A stretch of 64,000 bases of DNA from the human T2T-CHM13v2.0 reference genome, Homo sapiens, in NCBI RefSeq assembly GCF_009914755.1, contig NC_060938.1. The stretch is one strand, 5' to 3'. Numbering within the stretch: position 1 is the first letter of the stretch; each line of letters opens with the position of its first letter. Below the pieces are notes generated by a model that worked only from the letters and a program-made list of their open reading frames with translations, searched no databases and was not told where the DNA came from. Position numbers and translations under genes: made by a program. Shown piece by piece: positions 1-15,205 of the stretch.

Positions 1-54
1 ATTTGGATATTTAGAACTATAAGTGGATGGTTCCATTATTTACATTATTTAGAA

Positions 55-86
<32 letters not shown>
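55..86. repeat. (TA)n(CA)n microsatellite
   Basis: Read directly from the sequence. Confidence 0.9.
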
Positions 87-87
<1 letters not shown>

Positions 88-430
88 ATTTCCTTTTAGG
101 GATGGACGCCCTACACTCATTGATGTCCTACATACAATTCATTCTGTGCTCCTTTAGTTTTTTTGAGTGGTTATTGTTTAATTGGACGCAAGTAAAACTA
201 AGCAAGTAAAAATATCTTGAAAATACTGGATTTTTTCTATCTTATTTATTATTGCCACCTCTTTTACATTCTTTTATGTCTTAAAAGATGAAATTATACA
301 TAAATATGTGTGTGCTTGCGTGTAAAATAGGCAGTTCCAGAATTTGTCAATGTAATAAACATCTTATGGAAGAAATCTGTATGCAGCAAATCCTCAGCTA
401 TCCCTGATACTTAAGTAATAAAAAAACAGC

Positions 431-857
431 TGATATGGTTTGGATCTGTGTCCCTGCCCAAATGTCATATTGAAATGTAATCCTCAGTGTTGGAAGTGAT
501 GCCTGGTGGTAGGTGATTGGATCTTGGTGTGGGATTTCTCATGAATGGGTTAAGCACCATTCCCCCTTGGCACTGCCATTGCGATAGGATAGTGTGAGTT
601 CTCATGAGACGTATTCATTTAAAAATGTGTAGCACCTCCCAGGTTGCCCTCTTGCCCCTGCTCTGGCCATGTGATGTGCAAGCTCCCACTTCACCTTCTG
701 CCATGATTGTAAGCTTCCAGAAGCCTCTCCAGAAGCAGATATCAGCATCATGCTTCCTATACAGCCTGCAAAACTGTAAGCCAATTAAACTTCTTTTCTT
801 TATAAATTACCCAGTCTCAGGTATTTCTTTATAGCAGTGCAACAATAGACTAACAAA
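431..857 (+). mobile_element. MaLR solo LTR, MST type (MSTA/MSTB-like)
   Basis: Starts tgatatggtttggatctgtgtccc and ends ...aaattacccagtctcaggtatttctttatagcagtgc...gactaaca, typical MST termini. Confidence 0.85.
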
Positions 858-1145
858 CCAGGCATGCATTTTTTTGTGTGTTTACACAACAAATTTACTG
901 AACAGCTATCATGTAAAATATATTATGCTGGGAATACAAAATATATAAAGCATAGCTTGTTATCTGCAATGATGGACTGAATTGCTAAGGATGATACAAA
1001 ATATATATAGAGAGGTATACATATGTATATCCACATATGAATGATATAACTTAGTTTTTAATAGTCCATATTAATATTTCTTACATGTAGCACAGGTATC
1101 CAAGTTAAGCAAAAAATAAATTATTTTCAAATTAAAAAAAAATCA

Positions 1146-1441
1146 GGATGAACATGGTGGCTCGTACCTGTAGTCTCAACAGTTTGGGAGGCCGAGGCAG
1201 GAAGATTGCTTGAAGTCAGGTGTTTGGGACAAGCCTGAGCAACATAGCATGACCCGGTCTCTACACAAAATTAAAAAATTAGCCAGGTATGGAGGTGCAC
1301 ACTTGTAGTCCCAGCTACTCAGGAAGCTGAGGTGGAAGCATTGGTTGAGCCCGATTTTACTGAACAAAGCTGCAGTAAGCTATGATCGTGCCACTGTAGT
1401 TCAGCCCGGGCAACAGAGTGAAACCCTGTCTCTTAAAAAAA
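1146..1441 (+). mobile_element. AluJ
   Basis: Diverged dimeric Alu with J-type features (gattgcttga, gctatgatcgtg). Target duplication aaaaaaatca at 1136-1145 and 1435-1444. Confidence 0.9.
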
Positions 1442-1531
1442 TCACTATAAAAGTTAGACTGTTTTTCAATTTAAAAACATTATCTGAATTCCTGTACTAT
1501 TAGTTTTGCAAGAATAAGCCTTAGATAGGCA

Positions 1532-1970
1532 TGTAGGCAAGATCTGCTGGCAGAGATTACATGCCTGGAAAATGAACCTTTGATGTACTCAGGAATATTC
1601 TGGAGTTGTTACCAGTTATTTGTACCTGAAAAATAGTGACATATAACCAAGTTCTTCAGAAGATTTGGAAATATATGGAAGGGAGGTCCTTGAAAGCCAT
1701 GATAACATGATCCTCACCTAGAGCTGGCAAGACTGCCTGCATCCAGTTGCCTTCCTGGGCAGGCCAGGGAAGTTTTCCTCTGAGAGGAAATGCAGTTGGA
1801 TTATAACCCCTGCTCTGGGAAGTCACCTTGGGATGCAGACAAATTGTATCATTTTTACCTACATTAAAATAACTAAACTTTGCCTGTGTCTATCGGTATT
1901 TTTTACTCAATTATGTTCATCCCTGTCACACTAGAGACAACTGTGCCACTGTTTATTGTCATTCCTATTA
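1532..1970 (+). mobile_element. Possible old ERV solo LTR, family unassigned
   Basis: Begins with TG, is GC-richer than its flanks, about 440 bp, TATA-like ttataac at 1801 and attaaa at 1863. Layout inference only. Confidence 0.4.
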
Positions 1971-3569
1971 TAGAGTTGAATTTTAAAATCTTATGCTGAA
2001 TTTATTTTCTAGCGGACTAATTAAGAAGCAGGAGAAAGGAAAAAATAGGAAATTTAGTTAATCAATAGAATTCTGGAGTTAAGAATATTCTATGGAGAAC
2101 AGAGATTCTGATTTCTTGAAACTTTAATTTGAAGTTCGCTAAAGCCATTTGGGTTCTGTAGGTTTTACTAGTATCAGAGCTTCTGCAGAAAGGAGTGAGC
2201 AGAGTGAAAACTGATTGCACTAATAGCTGCAGGAACACTGAAGCTTTGTGCATAACTCGAAGCAGCTCAGAATTCTGTGTTTACCAACAAGATTGAAGTG
2301 TTCCAAATTACATCAAATTCCTTTGTGGTCACTTAAGGGTATCTCATTTTTTAGAAAATGGGAAGCAGTTTCACTCTCTTTCTTTTCTTTTTTTCTGAAA
2401 CCTGTTTTCACATGATCCTCATACCCATGAACAGACTGTCATGAGTATAGAGGCCAGTGAGAAAAAGGCAATATTAAACTGCTGAATGAAACCTGACATC
2501 TAAAACCTGCCTTATTTGGAGAAAAAACTCATAATCGATTAGAAATCAGCCAGGTTATTTGGCATTTGTTTGCAAATATCAGTTTGCGTGTTTATAAGAC
2601 AAATAGCATATCTGGAATCTGAGGTTCTATAGAAGAGGGGCAGGGAATGGTTAAGCAGCACCCAGAACCTTGTCTCTCACCCCACACTCACATATCTCAT
2701 GCATAAATACATTTGTCTCATACTTTAATTATTCTCTCAAATATGAAATAGTTCATTCATTCTGCCAACAACTTTAAGTCTAATATAAAAATAGACATTC
2801 TTGGACTAAATTCTATTTTCAATTTCCTGAGTTACAAAAGAGTCAGACAAAAATGACATCGTTTATTGAAGTGCATGGTTTCACCTAATTCATCTGTTTA
2901 ATGAAAACTTGATATTGTATATTTAACAAATAGTATGTCAATTAAAATTTGCAGTAGCACTATCAGAGGTTGAGTAGATTGTGTTTAGTTTTCTTCTTTT
3001 TCAGCAGTGTCTTTACCATTGGGCAGCCCAGTTACCAGGGCATTCTGTAAAAACCAAACAATAGTAACACTGGTACATTTTATTGACCATTAAGTGTGTG
3101 GATTTAGGTATTTTTAATGATAAAATCAAATGTAAAGTCCATAATATCTACATTTTTAATTAGAACTATAACCGTGATTTCAGTAAAAATATAAAAATAG
3201 TTTAAAATGTATCTTATTCAATTCTCAGAGTAAAACAATTACCCGCTAAGATTAAATCAGGCAAAAATTCAGCACCTAAGACTTTCCTGAATTATCACTA
3301 TATTACTAGATAATTATGTAATTCACTGTTACAACTTCAGGTATGCAAATATAACATTTCAATGATTAGATCTCCATAATTTAAGCAAAGAGATGCTTGA
3401 AATAGGTAGATAATTTGGGAAAAGGACATGCAATTGCCTGAAGTAAAAACATGGACTGTGAAAACAAACATGTATTACAACCTGAATTAGCAATTACTTC
3501 CAGTCTCCACTTTGCTTATTGCACATGGACAGTTTCTCACCATCAACCAGATAACACCATCATAATTAT

Positions 3570-3572
<3 letters not shown>

Positions 3573-3604
<32 letters not shown>
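3573..3604. repeat. (AC)16 microsatellite
   Basis: Read directly from the sequence. Confidence 0.95.
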
Positions 3605-3608
<4 letters not shown>

Positions 3609-3687
3609 ACAACTCTTTCTATTAGTGTGTATAAGCTCATGCAAAAAGCACATTTAGGGTAGATTATAGTTTAAATTGTGTATCATT

Positions 3688-3752
3688 AATGTAGAATGTA
3701 GAAATAGTTCATTCAATCCAATGTAGAAATGTAGAAATAGTTCATTCAATCT
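3688..3752. repeat. Tandem duplication of about 32 bp
   Basis: aatgtagaa(a)tgtagaaatagttcattcaatc occurs twice in tandem. Confidence 0.9.
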
Positions 3753-3845
3753 AGTTACAAAAATCACCTCATATTAATAGTAGAATAATGGTAACACTTC
3801 TTCCCTTGTCCCCATATGGAAATGCATAAAAGGGAATTTACTTAC

Positions 3846-4139
3846 ACTGAACGATGAGCTGCACCAAGGCTTCCCTTGGTTTCACGTTAAATCCATTGTA
3901 TTGGCTGGTCTGACATCTGTACATTCCTGACATTTCCCTAGATACATTCACAATCCTCAGTGTTCCATCATAACTCTCCATTTGCATTGATCCATCAGGC
4001 ATTGCAACTTCTTTATCCGCTCTAGACCAAAGGATGATTGGTTTAGGTTTGCCAGTTACTTGACATTGCAGTTCTATTGTGTCTCCTTCTCTGGTGACCA
4101 ATGGTGATTTTTCCTGTGGAACAGTCAGATTGGGTGGAA
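3846..4139 (-). CDS. MDGA2: MDGA2 internal coding exon, Ig-like domain (probably Ig5), 294 nt, phase 1-1
   Basis: Acceptor ttttcccatttcaag|TTCCA at 4140/4139 and donor CAGT|gtaagt at 3846/3845. Joins the upstream exon in frame (G+TT=Val): [98 protein letters not shown]. Ig Cys/Trp/YxC motif and NLT, NVS sequons present. Confidence 0.95.
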
Positions 4140-4822
4140 CTTGAAATGGGAAAAAGAAAATTTTTCAAGGTTAGTATAAACTGGTAAAGCATATTCAGAT
4201 ACAGAAAATCATAAGGAAACAATTTCTGCTGGCTGAAGAAATGTGACAATTCGGATGATCAAAAACCTTGGGAATAAATGGAATATACTCTCACTGAAAA
4301 TCATTCTTAATTGTTTTCACTGTATATTTTAAAATGAGGACTTCAAACATTAGCAAAATAAATAAGGCATTCAATTGAAAAATGGTTAATATAAGAATAA
4401 TCTTCTCAATGACCTGTAATAATTAGCCATTAACTGGGGCTTTAACATTTGCATTTCATAGAAGAGTAGCATTCAGCTGTGTAGACTCAGTAGTCACAAT
4501 AAGTGCAAGTAGTCAGAAAGGGAAAAAGAGAAACCTCTGATCTAAAATCAAAAGTTTTGACTAGTTTAAAACTTGCCAAATTGCTAAGATTTAGGATTTG
4601 TTTTTTGCCTAGTGGGAGTGAAATCAAGCAATTTGAAAATCCATTCTATTCTCCATTTTTGGACTTTTAATTTTTTGTGATATTTGAATTTATTATTATT
4701 TCACTTCATAATATTTTGATGTCATTGTAAATAGTTTGCCATAATATTGCCAATATTTCTACAAAATTAATTTTAATTAAATCTTCAAAATATATTTCAA
4801 CGAATATAAAAATTATAATTTT

Positions 4823-5178
<356 letters not shown>

Positions 5179-6762
5179 TTATGAGAAGTTAGATTGATTT
5201 TACTGTAACTTACTTTATTGTGCTGAAATATATTTATGTTAGAATTTAGTGAAAACCATTAAGTGATATGAGGGAAATACTATACAACGATCTTTCTTAC
5301 AAACATCACTAGTTCCACTGGAAGATTCTTATTTCCTACACAATTGTATATGAATTCAAATGCATTTGTGCAGTAGAACATCTATCAAAAAAGCGCAAGC
5401 TAAATAGAATGCTATAAATACGAATAACCAGAAACATGAATAATTCTATCCTTCCGATAAATGTTATATGTTCCCTTTGGAAGTAGTACTGCACATGAAT
5501 GAAAAGTGAAAGGTTTTACTCTTCCTTCTAGTTTGATTATGGCCCACTGCCCAGGTACAAAACCAAACATAATTATGTTTAAAATTATTTTTCAACTAAT
5601 TTTGAAATGTTGTTTTCCTCATTATAGAGACAAATAAATTCAAGTTCAAAGTGATATGACAATTATCTTCCTATTCAAATATCTTCAATTCACTTTTTCA
5701 TTTAATTCCTTCACTTATTGTTTAAAACACTAATTACATAATGCATAACGTCTTAGAATTTAAACAATATGAACTATTCACCACCACCATTTTGAAGTAG
5801 ATATATACATCCTAGAAATTGACATTAACAAAATATATGTTTAAAACGGCTTCATTTTATAAACCCAAATGGGTAATTTGTTCTGGTATACATAAACAAT
5901 TAAATAATTTTGGCAAAGTATTTGTTCTTTTTGAAGTGAATGATGTAATTAAAATCTAAGCAGCATGCTCAGACAATGGGATTGGAATGGAACTGTGACA
6001 CTTATTCACCCTCCATGGGAAAGGGTGCAGAATAACCTCAGCATTTAACATTTATTATCCCCCTACTATGTGACAGGCACAATTAAGGATTTTATGCTTT
6101 CATTTAAACCCCCTTGATAATCTTAAGGACCAAATATTTAATATTAAAATAAACAATTAAGAACATTGAGAATAACAGATAATAAATACTTCAATTTGAA
6201 CAGAATACAAACAAAAACTAACTTATAGCAGGTAGCTAATGTAAAGATATGAATACTGAAGCAGGTTCAATAAACAATGGTATCTGGAATTAATAACTTT
6301 TGAGCGTTAGCAATAGACTCCTCTCTTCCTGCTCATGACAAATTGGACAAAATCCCTGCCTGTCACTTGGTCACTGTTTCAAATATGAAAGAGTAGAGAT
6401 GAATGTGAGGGAGTATACAGTAAGTATTTTGCAAATTATCTTTTCTTTCTTTTATCCTCTTATTTATTTCTTTAGTCATTTATTATTGCTATCACAGTGG
6501 ATAAGGCCAACATCTATATTTCTTAAATAAATACCTCAATCATCTATATCTGAATATGTTTCACATGTCAAAACTGCTTATAAGATATACCAACCTCAAA
6601 ATAAATATCCAAATTTAGATAAATCTGTGTAAAATAAATAAAAAATGTATAACTTTAAAGACTAATGGAGGGTTATTACTTGAAATATACAATCCATATC
6701 TGTTCCAAAAACAAGCTACCTGACCTTGGCCAACCAAAACACCGTCTGTATTAATTTTACCT

Positions 6763-7066
6763 TTTGTTGATGTTGTTGTTTTGAGATGGAGTCTCGCTCT
6801 GTTGCCCAGGCTGGGGTGCAGTGGTGCAATCTCTGCTCAGTGCAACCTCTGCCTCCCGGGTTCAAGTGATTGTTCTGCCTCAGCCTCCTGAGTAGCTGGG
6901 ATTACAGGTGTGCACCACCACACCCAGCTAATTTTTTCATATTTTTAGTAGAGTCAGGGTTTCACCATGTTGACCAGGCTGGTCTCAAACTCCCGATCTT
7001 AGGTGATCTACCCTCCTCGGCCTCCCAAAGTGCTGAGATTACAAGCGTGAGCCACCGTGCTCAGCC
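6763..7066 (-). mobile_element. AluS (Sx/Sz-like)
   Basis: Full-length antisense Alu; tail degenerated to (TTG)n; ttacc-tttt flanks on both sides. Confidence 0.9.
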
Positions 7067-7490
7067 TTACCATTTTTGAAACTAAGAATTTGTACTTTAT
7101 TAGCCTCAACGTTATTGATGTTCTGATTACAAGAATGAATAGTAAAAAGTTAAAAAGAGAAGTGGTGTCAAAAGATAGTATTTATTTCCTAACTTAATAA
7201 AATGGATATTTAAACAACTTATTACATTAGACCGTTCAAATCACAATAGATTATTGACTATAATTTTTTTAAATGTTATCATGCTAAATATTTCAAATAT
7301 CCCTTTTAAAATTTGTTTATGTTTTTCATGTATTTAGATAAACTTTCCTCCCTGCTGAATTAAAGTTACAGAAATATAAACCTCAATTTTAATCTCAATA
7401 ACATAAAAATTGATTTTTAGATAAATTAGCCCAGGTTTTACAAAATAGCAAAATCTAGCTAAAATATTATTTAATATCTGTCTCTTCCTA

Positions 7491-7799
7491 GGCTAGATGC
7501 GGTGGCTCATGCCTATAATTCCAGTACTTTGGGCGGCCGAGGAGGGCAGATCACAAAGTCAGGAGATCAAGACCATCCTGGTCAACACGGTAAACCCCAT
7601 CTCTACTAAAAATACAAAAAAAAAAAATTAGTCGGGCGTGGCAGTGGGCGCCTGGAGTCCTAGCTACTCTGGAGGCTTAGGGGCTCAGGCAGGAGAATTG
7701 TTTGAACTCAGGAGGTGGAGGCTGCAGTGAGCCAAGATCATACCACTGCACTCCAGCCTGGGCAACGGAGTGAGACTCCATCTCAAAAAAAAAAAAAAA
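7491..7799 (+). mobile_element. AluS (Sc-like)
   Basis: gatcacaaagtcaggagatcaagaccatcctgg, middle A-rich linker and A tail. Confidence 0.9.
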
Positions 7800-7959
7800 T
7801 AGATTTTAAATCTAGAAGTCAGGGTTAACCTTTCCCTACAACTCTCCTGGCCAAAAAGACTGTATAATTTCTCAAACCTGTTATATGTTTTTCTATCTTT
7901 CTGTCCCCACTAAATTTTCTATCTCTAAGAATTACTCAACTCTCTTAATTGTTCTTATA

Positions 7960-8410
7960 ATTTTTTCTGTTGAGAGATCTCATTTGTTCTCATAGACTTC
8001 TGTTTTACGTGTTGATAATAACAAATTATAACTTTATTCCAATGGCTCATAATTGCAGCCTATCTTTATATTCCAAAAGTCTTTCAAGCCTAAGCACCAT
8101 TTTATTTCTTGACTTGGTTAATAGTTAATTTCAACAGATTCCATCTATTAATTGAAAACCATACAGTATTATTTGTTTCACCATTTCCTCTTGTCCACCA
8201 CTTCAAAACAGCCATCAAATCTTGTTATTTCTTTATTTAAAACTATGTCTCATATCTGCCTGTTTCTTTTCATGGCCATAGGCAGTTTTCTCAGTAGAAG
8301 TCATCATTTTATCTTCTTGTGACAGCATCCTAAGTGGTCTCTCTGTCACTAGCCTCATTCTTCCAGGCTTCCTGCTGCCCTAAGCTTTATCATCATAAAC
8401 AGTTTTGTTC
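7960..8410 (+). mobile_element. Degraded L2 fragment
   Basis: L2-like motifs ccatcaaatcttgttatttc and cagcatcctaagtggtctctctg. Confidence 0.5.
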
Positions 8411-8729
8411 ATGTCAGTATGAAGACTACAAACCTCAATGAGAGTGCTTGTCACAACACTGGTTTAATTTAAAAAACAACAACCTGAAAACAGCTTAATG
8501 GAGTTGTTAAATAAATCATAAAACAGTTGAACAATAGAATATGACACAGTCTTTTTAAATGATGATGTAATAGACCTATATTTATTGATAAGACATTTAT
8601 ATGAAGTGGGAAAAGCATGTTAGCAAGTAGTATAAATAGCTATAATGACTATTATTCAGTGTGTAAAACATGTTACTGTTCAGTATAAACAGTTGTATCT
8701 AATTTTTATATATTAAATAACTACATATT

Positions 8730-8893
8730 AGCTCTCTTGGCTCTCTCTCACACACACACACACACAAGTAACTATGCAAGATAAGGAATATGTTAACTTG
8801 CTTCACTATAGCAACCATCTTACTATCCATATGTATCCCATAATATCATGTTGTAATCCTCAAATATATACAATAAAATTTATTTTAAAAAAA
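8730..8893 (+). mobile_element. L1MA-type 3' end fragment
   Basis: gtaactatg...gatatgttaac-like segment, ...atcatgttgta...tatatacaataaaatttatttt plus A tail. Confidence 0.7.
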
Positions 8894-11150
8894 TTTTCAA
8901 TGAATGTTAACAGGGAGCTTCTTGAAGGGTAGGCTATACATGCTCTGTCTTTACATTGTTACCATCTAGCATACCATCTCTCACATAGAGAAACACAGTA
9001 CAAAATTTTACACCTAATATATACATTAAATAGCAAGGTAATTGGGCACTAATTCAGGGAAGAGGAGACTTACATGGGGAAAAGTCTAGAGGAAAAGAAA
9101 TCCTAGAAAGAACTATACCAGAACACTAACAGCGGTTCTCTCTAGAGTGTGGGATTACTGATAAATTTTATTTTCTTTATTTCCCTCTTTTTTTTACTGT
9201 TTAAACAATATATATAGTGCATAATAACATATTACAGGGCCCAAGAAGCCCAGAAATTTTTAAAATGTTAATTCAATCTATTTCCCAAAACTCATTCAAT
9301 GAAAACTTCACATTTTATAACACAAATGTATCACTCTGGAAATGATGTTCTGAAAACATAGACTGAGAAATGCTCTTCCAAAATCACTAACTCCTGTTAA
9401 CACTCCTTTACTGAAGTTTCACCAACTAGTTAACCTCTGAGCCCTTGAATGAGCAGTTCTTTTCCATGGTCAGAGTGTCTGGCTCTTGCTGTCTTCTAGC
9501 ACCCTCTGTCTGCCCCATGTGTTGAAACTCAGTTCAAATGTTATTCCCTTTGTAAATCCAGGCTGACCTGGTTACTTACTCTTCCTGACTACACACTACG
9601 TTGTATGTTTTACCCATTTAACCTGTCCTTGTGACTTTGTCCTGTATTTTCTTCTATGTTTATATCCCTGACCAGGCAGCTCCTTAAGGGCACAGAGCCT
9701 TAATCTGTCTCTAAAGTCTAGTGTCTTGCTTTCCTGTTTGGCACAGATAAGAAAGTTGTGAAACAATTGAGAAAGAAAGAAAGGCAGAGCAGAAGAAGAT
9801 GGTAGGAACATAGGAAAATAAAAAGCTATCAAAATAATAGATAATAGAGATAAACATAATCAATATGAATCATGTATATTTTGGAACAAATGTGATAAAT
9901 AATAATGAAATATAGTAATTCTACAATTAGTAGCTCCTACAAGTAGCATAATCTTATGCAAAATATATTGTTAGAATATACTTCTGATGCAGATCTTGAG
10001 ATGTGTGGGTGTGTGAAAAAGTTAAGGAAGTCAAGAAAAGACTCTTCCAGTTCTCTTTTTTCTTTCATTTAAATATTTGAATAGATAAGTTATGAATTAT
10101 TTTTTAAAAAAACAGAGGAAAGAGGCAATTTGAAGACATGAAATTTAATTTTATCATTTGGTTTTTAGGTCTTAAATCAAATTATTTAAAAAAATTGTCT
10201 CATAATGAAAACGTATCAAATTTAGCATAAATATTTGAAATGTCTATACCATGTAAGATCCCCATTTATGCAATGTACTTGCTAGAAAAAGTCACTCCTA
10301 ATAAAAATGCAGATACATTCTCTAACATATAGTATATATGTTACAGTATATATGTGTATATAGTCTATACACAGCCCTTGATATTTTTTTGCCTGAAATA
10401 CTACTGCAGGAGATGTTATAATCAGAGAAACTGGAAAAACATGATATGACACCAAAGTTTCTCATTCCAAACGTAAATAAATAGACAAATGATTTGAACA
10501 CATTGCTTTTCTGTCAACTTTTCCACTGATCACAGACTGTAAAATGAAGCAAATATAGAAAAAGAAAATATTTTCATTTCTTCATTGGGAAGGCAGCTGA
10601 GAAAATTTTATCTTTATTCTTTACTTAGAAAATGGCTTAAAAGAATGCAGAAGTTTAGTTCATTTGAACTATGTGGAAAAATATCATGCTGTCTGAAACA
10701 AAGACATCTGAATGTGCTTTTAATGGAATTATTGGTTTAAAAATATGACTGTAGTGCACTTTAATAGTAGATATTGAAACAAAAGCTATATTTCTTTCAA
10801 TATAAGAATCATAAGAAGCTCAGTAATAAATAATATAATTTTCTTCCAAAAGACAATCAGACTCATATTTCCAAGAATCTTAAAATAAGCATGGCACTAA
10901 TTCAATTACACCTGAATTTTGGAGGGAAGTACTTTATAAAAGATATGTATGTTCTCGAGTAGAATGTATAGTCTATATTTAACATATAAATAAATAAAAC
11001 TTCAGAGATACTATGTTTATGAAAGTTACCCTTAGAGAACAGAATTCAATAATTCTCATCCTGACCAGATATAAACAAATGTAAAAAAGTAGGACTAAAG
11101 TAAGTAGTAAATTTGTAGATGCAAATAATCCAAATGAACCAAATCTATGT

Positions 11151-11154
<4 letters not shown>

Positions 11155-11181
<27 letters not shown>
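11155..11181. repeat. (TG)n microsatellite
   Basis: Read directly from the sequence. Confidence 0.95.
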
Positions 11182-14100
11182 ATGCACACGCATGCAGGTG
11201 CGTGTCTTCAAAACAAGAGATGGGTTAAAAAAATTGCTGTAGATTTGATGAGTTTCATCTTTGGTGATCTGATTGAGACTCCAAGGTAAGCAACATCTTC
11301 ATTTCAGAGCACAGTTTTAAAGGAAAGATATTCTATCACACTTGAGTGCTGTTTCAGTGTTTGTGTCAGCAGTCCTCCATCTCTTCTTTGCTAGCACATT
11401 TACAGATTGGCTTCATAAGCATGAGACATGCACATGGATATACTCGGATTTTGAAGTTTTGAGAAGTCACAAAGTAGTTTTACATAGAAGCAAAGAACTA
11501 AATAATTTGCGTTTGCAACAACTGTCAATGGCACATCACTAATGATAGCTCACAACAGGATAAGTAAGATAAGCCTCTGGTTAAGTGAAATTGTCAGTAT
11601 GCTTGTTGTAACTCCACTCATTTCTCTTTCATTCAAGAAAGTACATTCAGTGTAAGTGAGAATAATGTCATGACTCTAATCTGTATTTTAAAACCTCCAT
11701 ACATTAATATTTGAAATATTATAATTATCATATACCTCACAGATGATGTGAACACACCACTAAGATTTAGAAGAATTGCCTTAAAATACAAAATTTATAA
11801 GAACACCAATTGTCAGTGGCCACTGGAAAATATTCATATAATGATACAAGGCAAATTTGAGAATTTCATTCTATTCAAAAATAATTCCATTCCAAGTCTG
11901 AATAATACCTTTTAAACTAATATGCTTGACCCATTTCCAGTATGATTATAACCGCGTGTCAATTTTTAAAATACAGTAATGTGTGCTTGAGAGATGTTCA
12001 GGATGACAAAAAAAATCCAACATGCTAGACATTCCTCATTTATTAATGGACCTGCTGATATTTGCTTCCTTTTAGAGATCATGATAGGCAACACACGGTT
12101 TGATGGAAGGTGGCTAAACTACAGCTCATTTCTTATTAAAGGAATAAAGGTTGCTATTGGATACTTACTAGAAACAATTCTTAGTATATAAAAATATGAA
12201 GTTAACATGTTGAGTTATATAATATGCAGCACCTAAATTTTTTTGTGTGTGGTGGTGGTTTGAAAATATGCAGAACTTCCCTGAGCCATAGGTTGATATA
12301 ATAATATTATATTGTTACATGTCCTTCTGGGTTGTCCTTCCCCTTTTAAATGAATTACTAAGATCTGATTGACTAATGTCTCTTCTTCATCTAAAAAATA
12401 TTATTTACCATTTCTCAATTACTATTTCTTAAAAATCATGTCACTATATTATTTCAATATCTACAGTAGTTTCCCATTTACCAGAACAGAAGGTCTAAAT
12501 CCCACTGCTTGTTTTCCATCTTATTTGTCAAACCTTAATAAGCCACAGTGTTTCTGTGGAAAGCTCTCTATTCAATTGAGGCTGGTCTTTTCAACTGCTT
12601 AACATACTTGACTTATTCCCATTGCCTCACCTTCCTTCCTTTCTTCTCTTCAGGAATGAGTTTGACCTCCCAACCAATGATTGTTACATTCTTTAAGGTC
12701 CAATTTAAGTTTCTTGTTCTATTTACTCTTTTCTGATTTCTGCATCTTTTATTCATCTTCCATGTCTCTGAATTAGAGCATGCCCAATTTATTCTGTACA
12801 TGTCATGACGAAATGTGCACTTACATATGTAACGAAAATGTCCTGATGTAAGCATCAGGGTTTTTCTATTTCTTCAGTAGCTCCCACATCATGTAACATT
12901 TTAAAGGTTTTTTTTTTTCAAGGTGCTTAATAAGTTCTTGATTGATTGATAGAGCACAAATCAAGGTTACTAAGCAACCAAAGTAAGAAAACCATTGATT
13001 AATAATCAGCTCTTGATTATCCAAGGCTTAATTATAAAGCATATAAATTTCAAGATCATTTTTCATATATGAACTCTTTTATTTTTTAATTTTAAACATC
13101 CACCAAAAAACAATAGATTTTTATAATGTTAGTACATCTACTAGACTTTGATTTGGATACAGTAATGATGCAAGGAGGTAGAAATAATACACTAAAATAT
13201 TGGAAGCACTTGGTAATATTGAGTAATTTGTCCACTCCATGACTTTCCTCAATCAGCAGTAAAGGAAAGGCTAGTTGGCCCTATGATAGAATGTCCATGT
13301 GGATCTATATTCTAAGACTTGTATTACTTGCAGTCCTGTGTGTAAATGTTTCCTATGTGAAACAAGCATTTATAAATATGTCTTCACACCAGATAGTATG
13401 CCTACCGTTTTTGTCCATAATATGAATAAGCATAATACATCTCTTATCACACTCTGTAAATAAAAACTGCCTTTTTTCACACTGACACACACTTTTAAGT
13501 ACCTCACACATAGTAAATCAGAAAATGCTAACTAAACAGGATTGACAATGTTTACAAATCTAGCAATTGAACAGGAAGAAAGCCCACATTAAAAACAAAC
13601 ATGAGGTTAAAATACCACAGCATGTGCATTTGGAAGTTCTAAGGGGAAATGTCCACGCATACACACACATACATAATGACTATTTTTGAAAGAAATGGGG
13701 AAATCTTATTAGAACGGCATTGTTCATTACTTGAAACATATGGGGAGAAATAGGTTCCTGGAGGGTAGCAACTCTAAAAGGTTTGGTATTGGAGATGGGG
13801 AGCATGCAGTGCCATTCAATCAGGAAAACAGGTTTGGCAGGCAACAGTTGTGGCTGTTCCAACTTCCCTCACCCAGCAGGTGTTGCTATGGCATAAGAAT
13901 AGTCTCTGAGGGATTCAATAGAATACAAAGTGTAAGATGAAAGAACAAAATAGAAAATCATTCTCTGCATGGCATTCATATTTTCCCTGCTACTCAAGCT
14001 ACAAGACCAGTTGCAAATAAACACAGGTTCTATTCTTGCTGCCTCATGAACAGATAAGTGAATGGGACTTAGCTAAGGTTGCTAAGGTACGATTTGGCTA

Positions 14101-14479
14101 AGATTTCAAGTATCTTGAATTGTTATGATTTTCATATAATTTGGTTTTCTAACTTGAGCATATAATAAAATATTTTTTAGAATAATTAAAATAAATCTCT
14201 TAAGAGAATGTCCTAAACTCTTTGGAAAAAAAATAAAAGCAAATAGTTCTTTCTTTTTTTAACCTCCATGACTTGTATGTTTCTCACATACTAAAATACA
14301 TAAATAAATAATAAACACTAATTAAGTATATAAAGTCTCACATGTGGAAAACTTTTTTTTTCTGAAACAACTAAGTAAACAGGAGCAAGATATTTCAGCT
14401 TGTTAAAGAATTATGTCAAAATTGTAGTAAGCAACAAATATGTATTAGATTGAGAATGTTGGAGGGAATAGGGACTCTA

Positions 14480-15010
<531 letters not shown>

Positions 15011-15205
15011 AAGAAAGGGGGTATGATAAGATGCAAAACATCAAGTAAAGGGCTGAGATATTCATTTACTAAGAAATGGCTAGGTCATTCGATGAAGAAC
15101 TAGTCAACCTATAACCATTTCTGAGAACTAGAAACCAATTCCTCAAATTAACTTTCTTAATCAAGTTTTAGTTCATGTTTGTTATTTTTTAAAATAATGC
15201 AGAGT

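Noticed and set aside
11243-11291. Plus-strand mini-exon (gtag...aag|gtaagc) or C/D box pair (TGATGA...CTGA)
   Set aside because: No polypyrimidine tract before the AG; the boxes are too close for a snoRNA and lie antisense to the host gene.
13680-13940. Overlapping ORFs suggesting a processed pseudogene
   Set aside because: No recognisable protein, poly-A tail or target duplication; kept only as candidate regulatory DNA.
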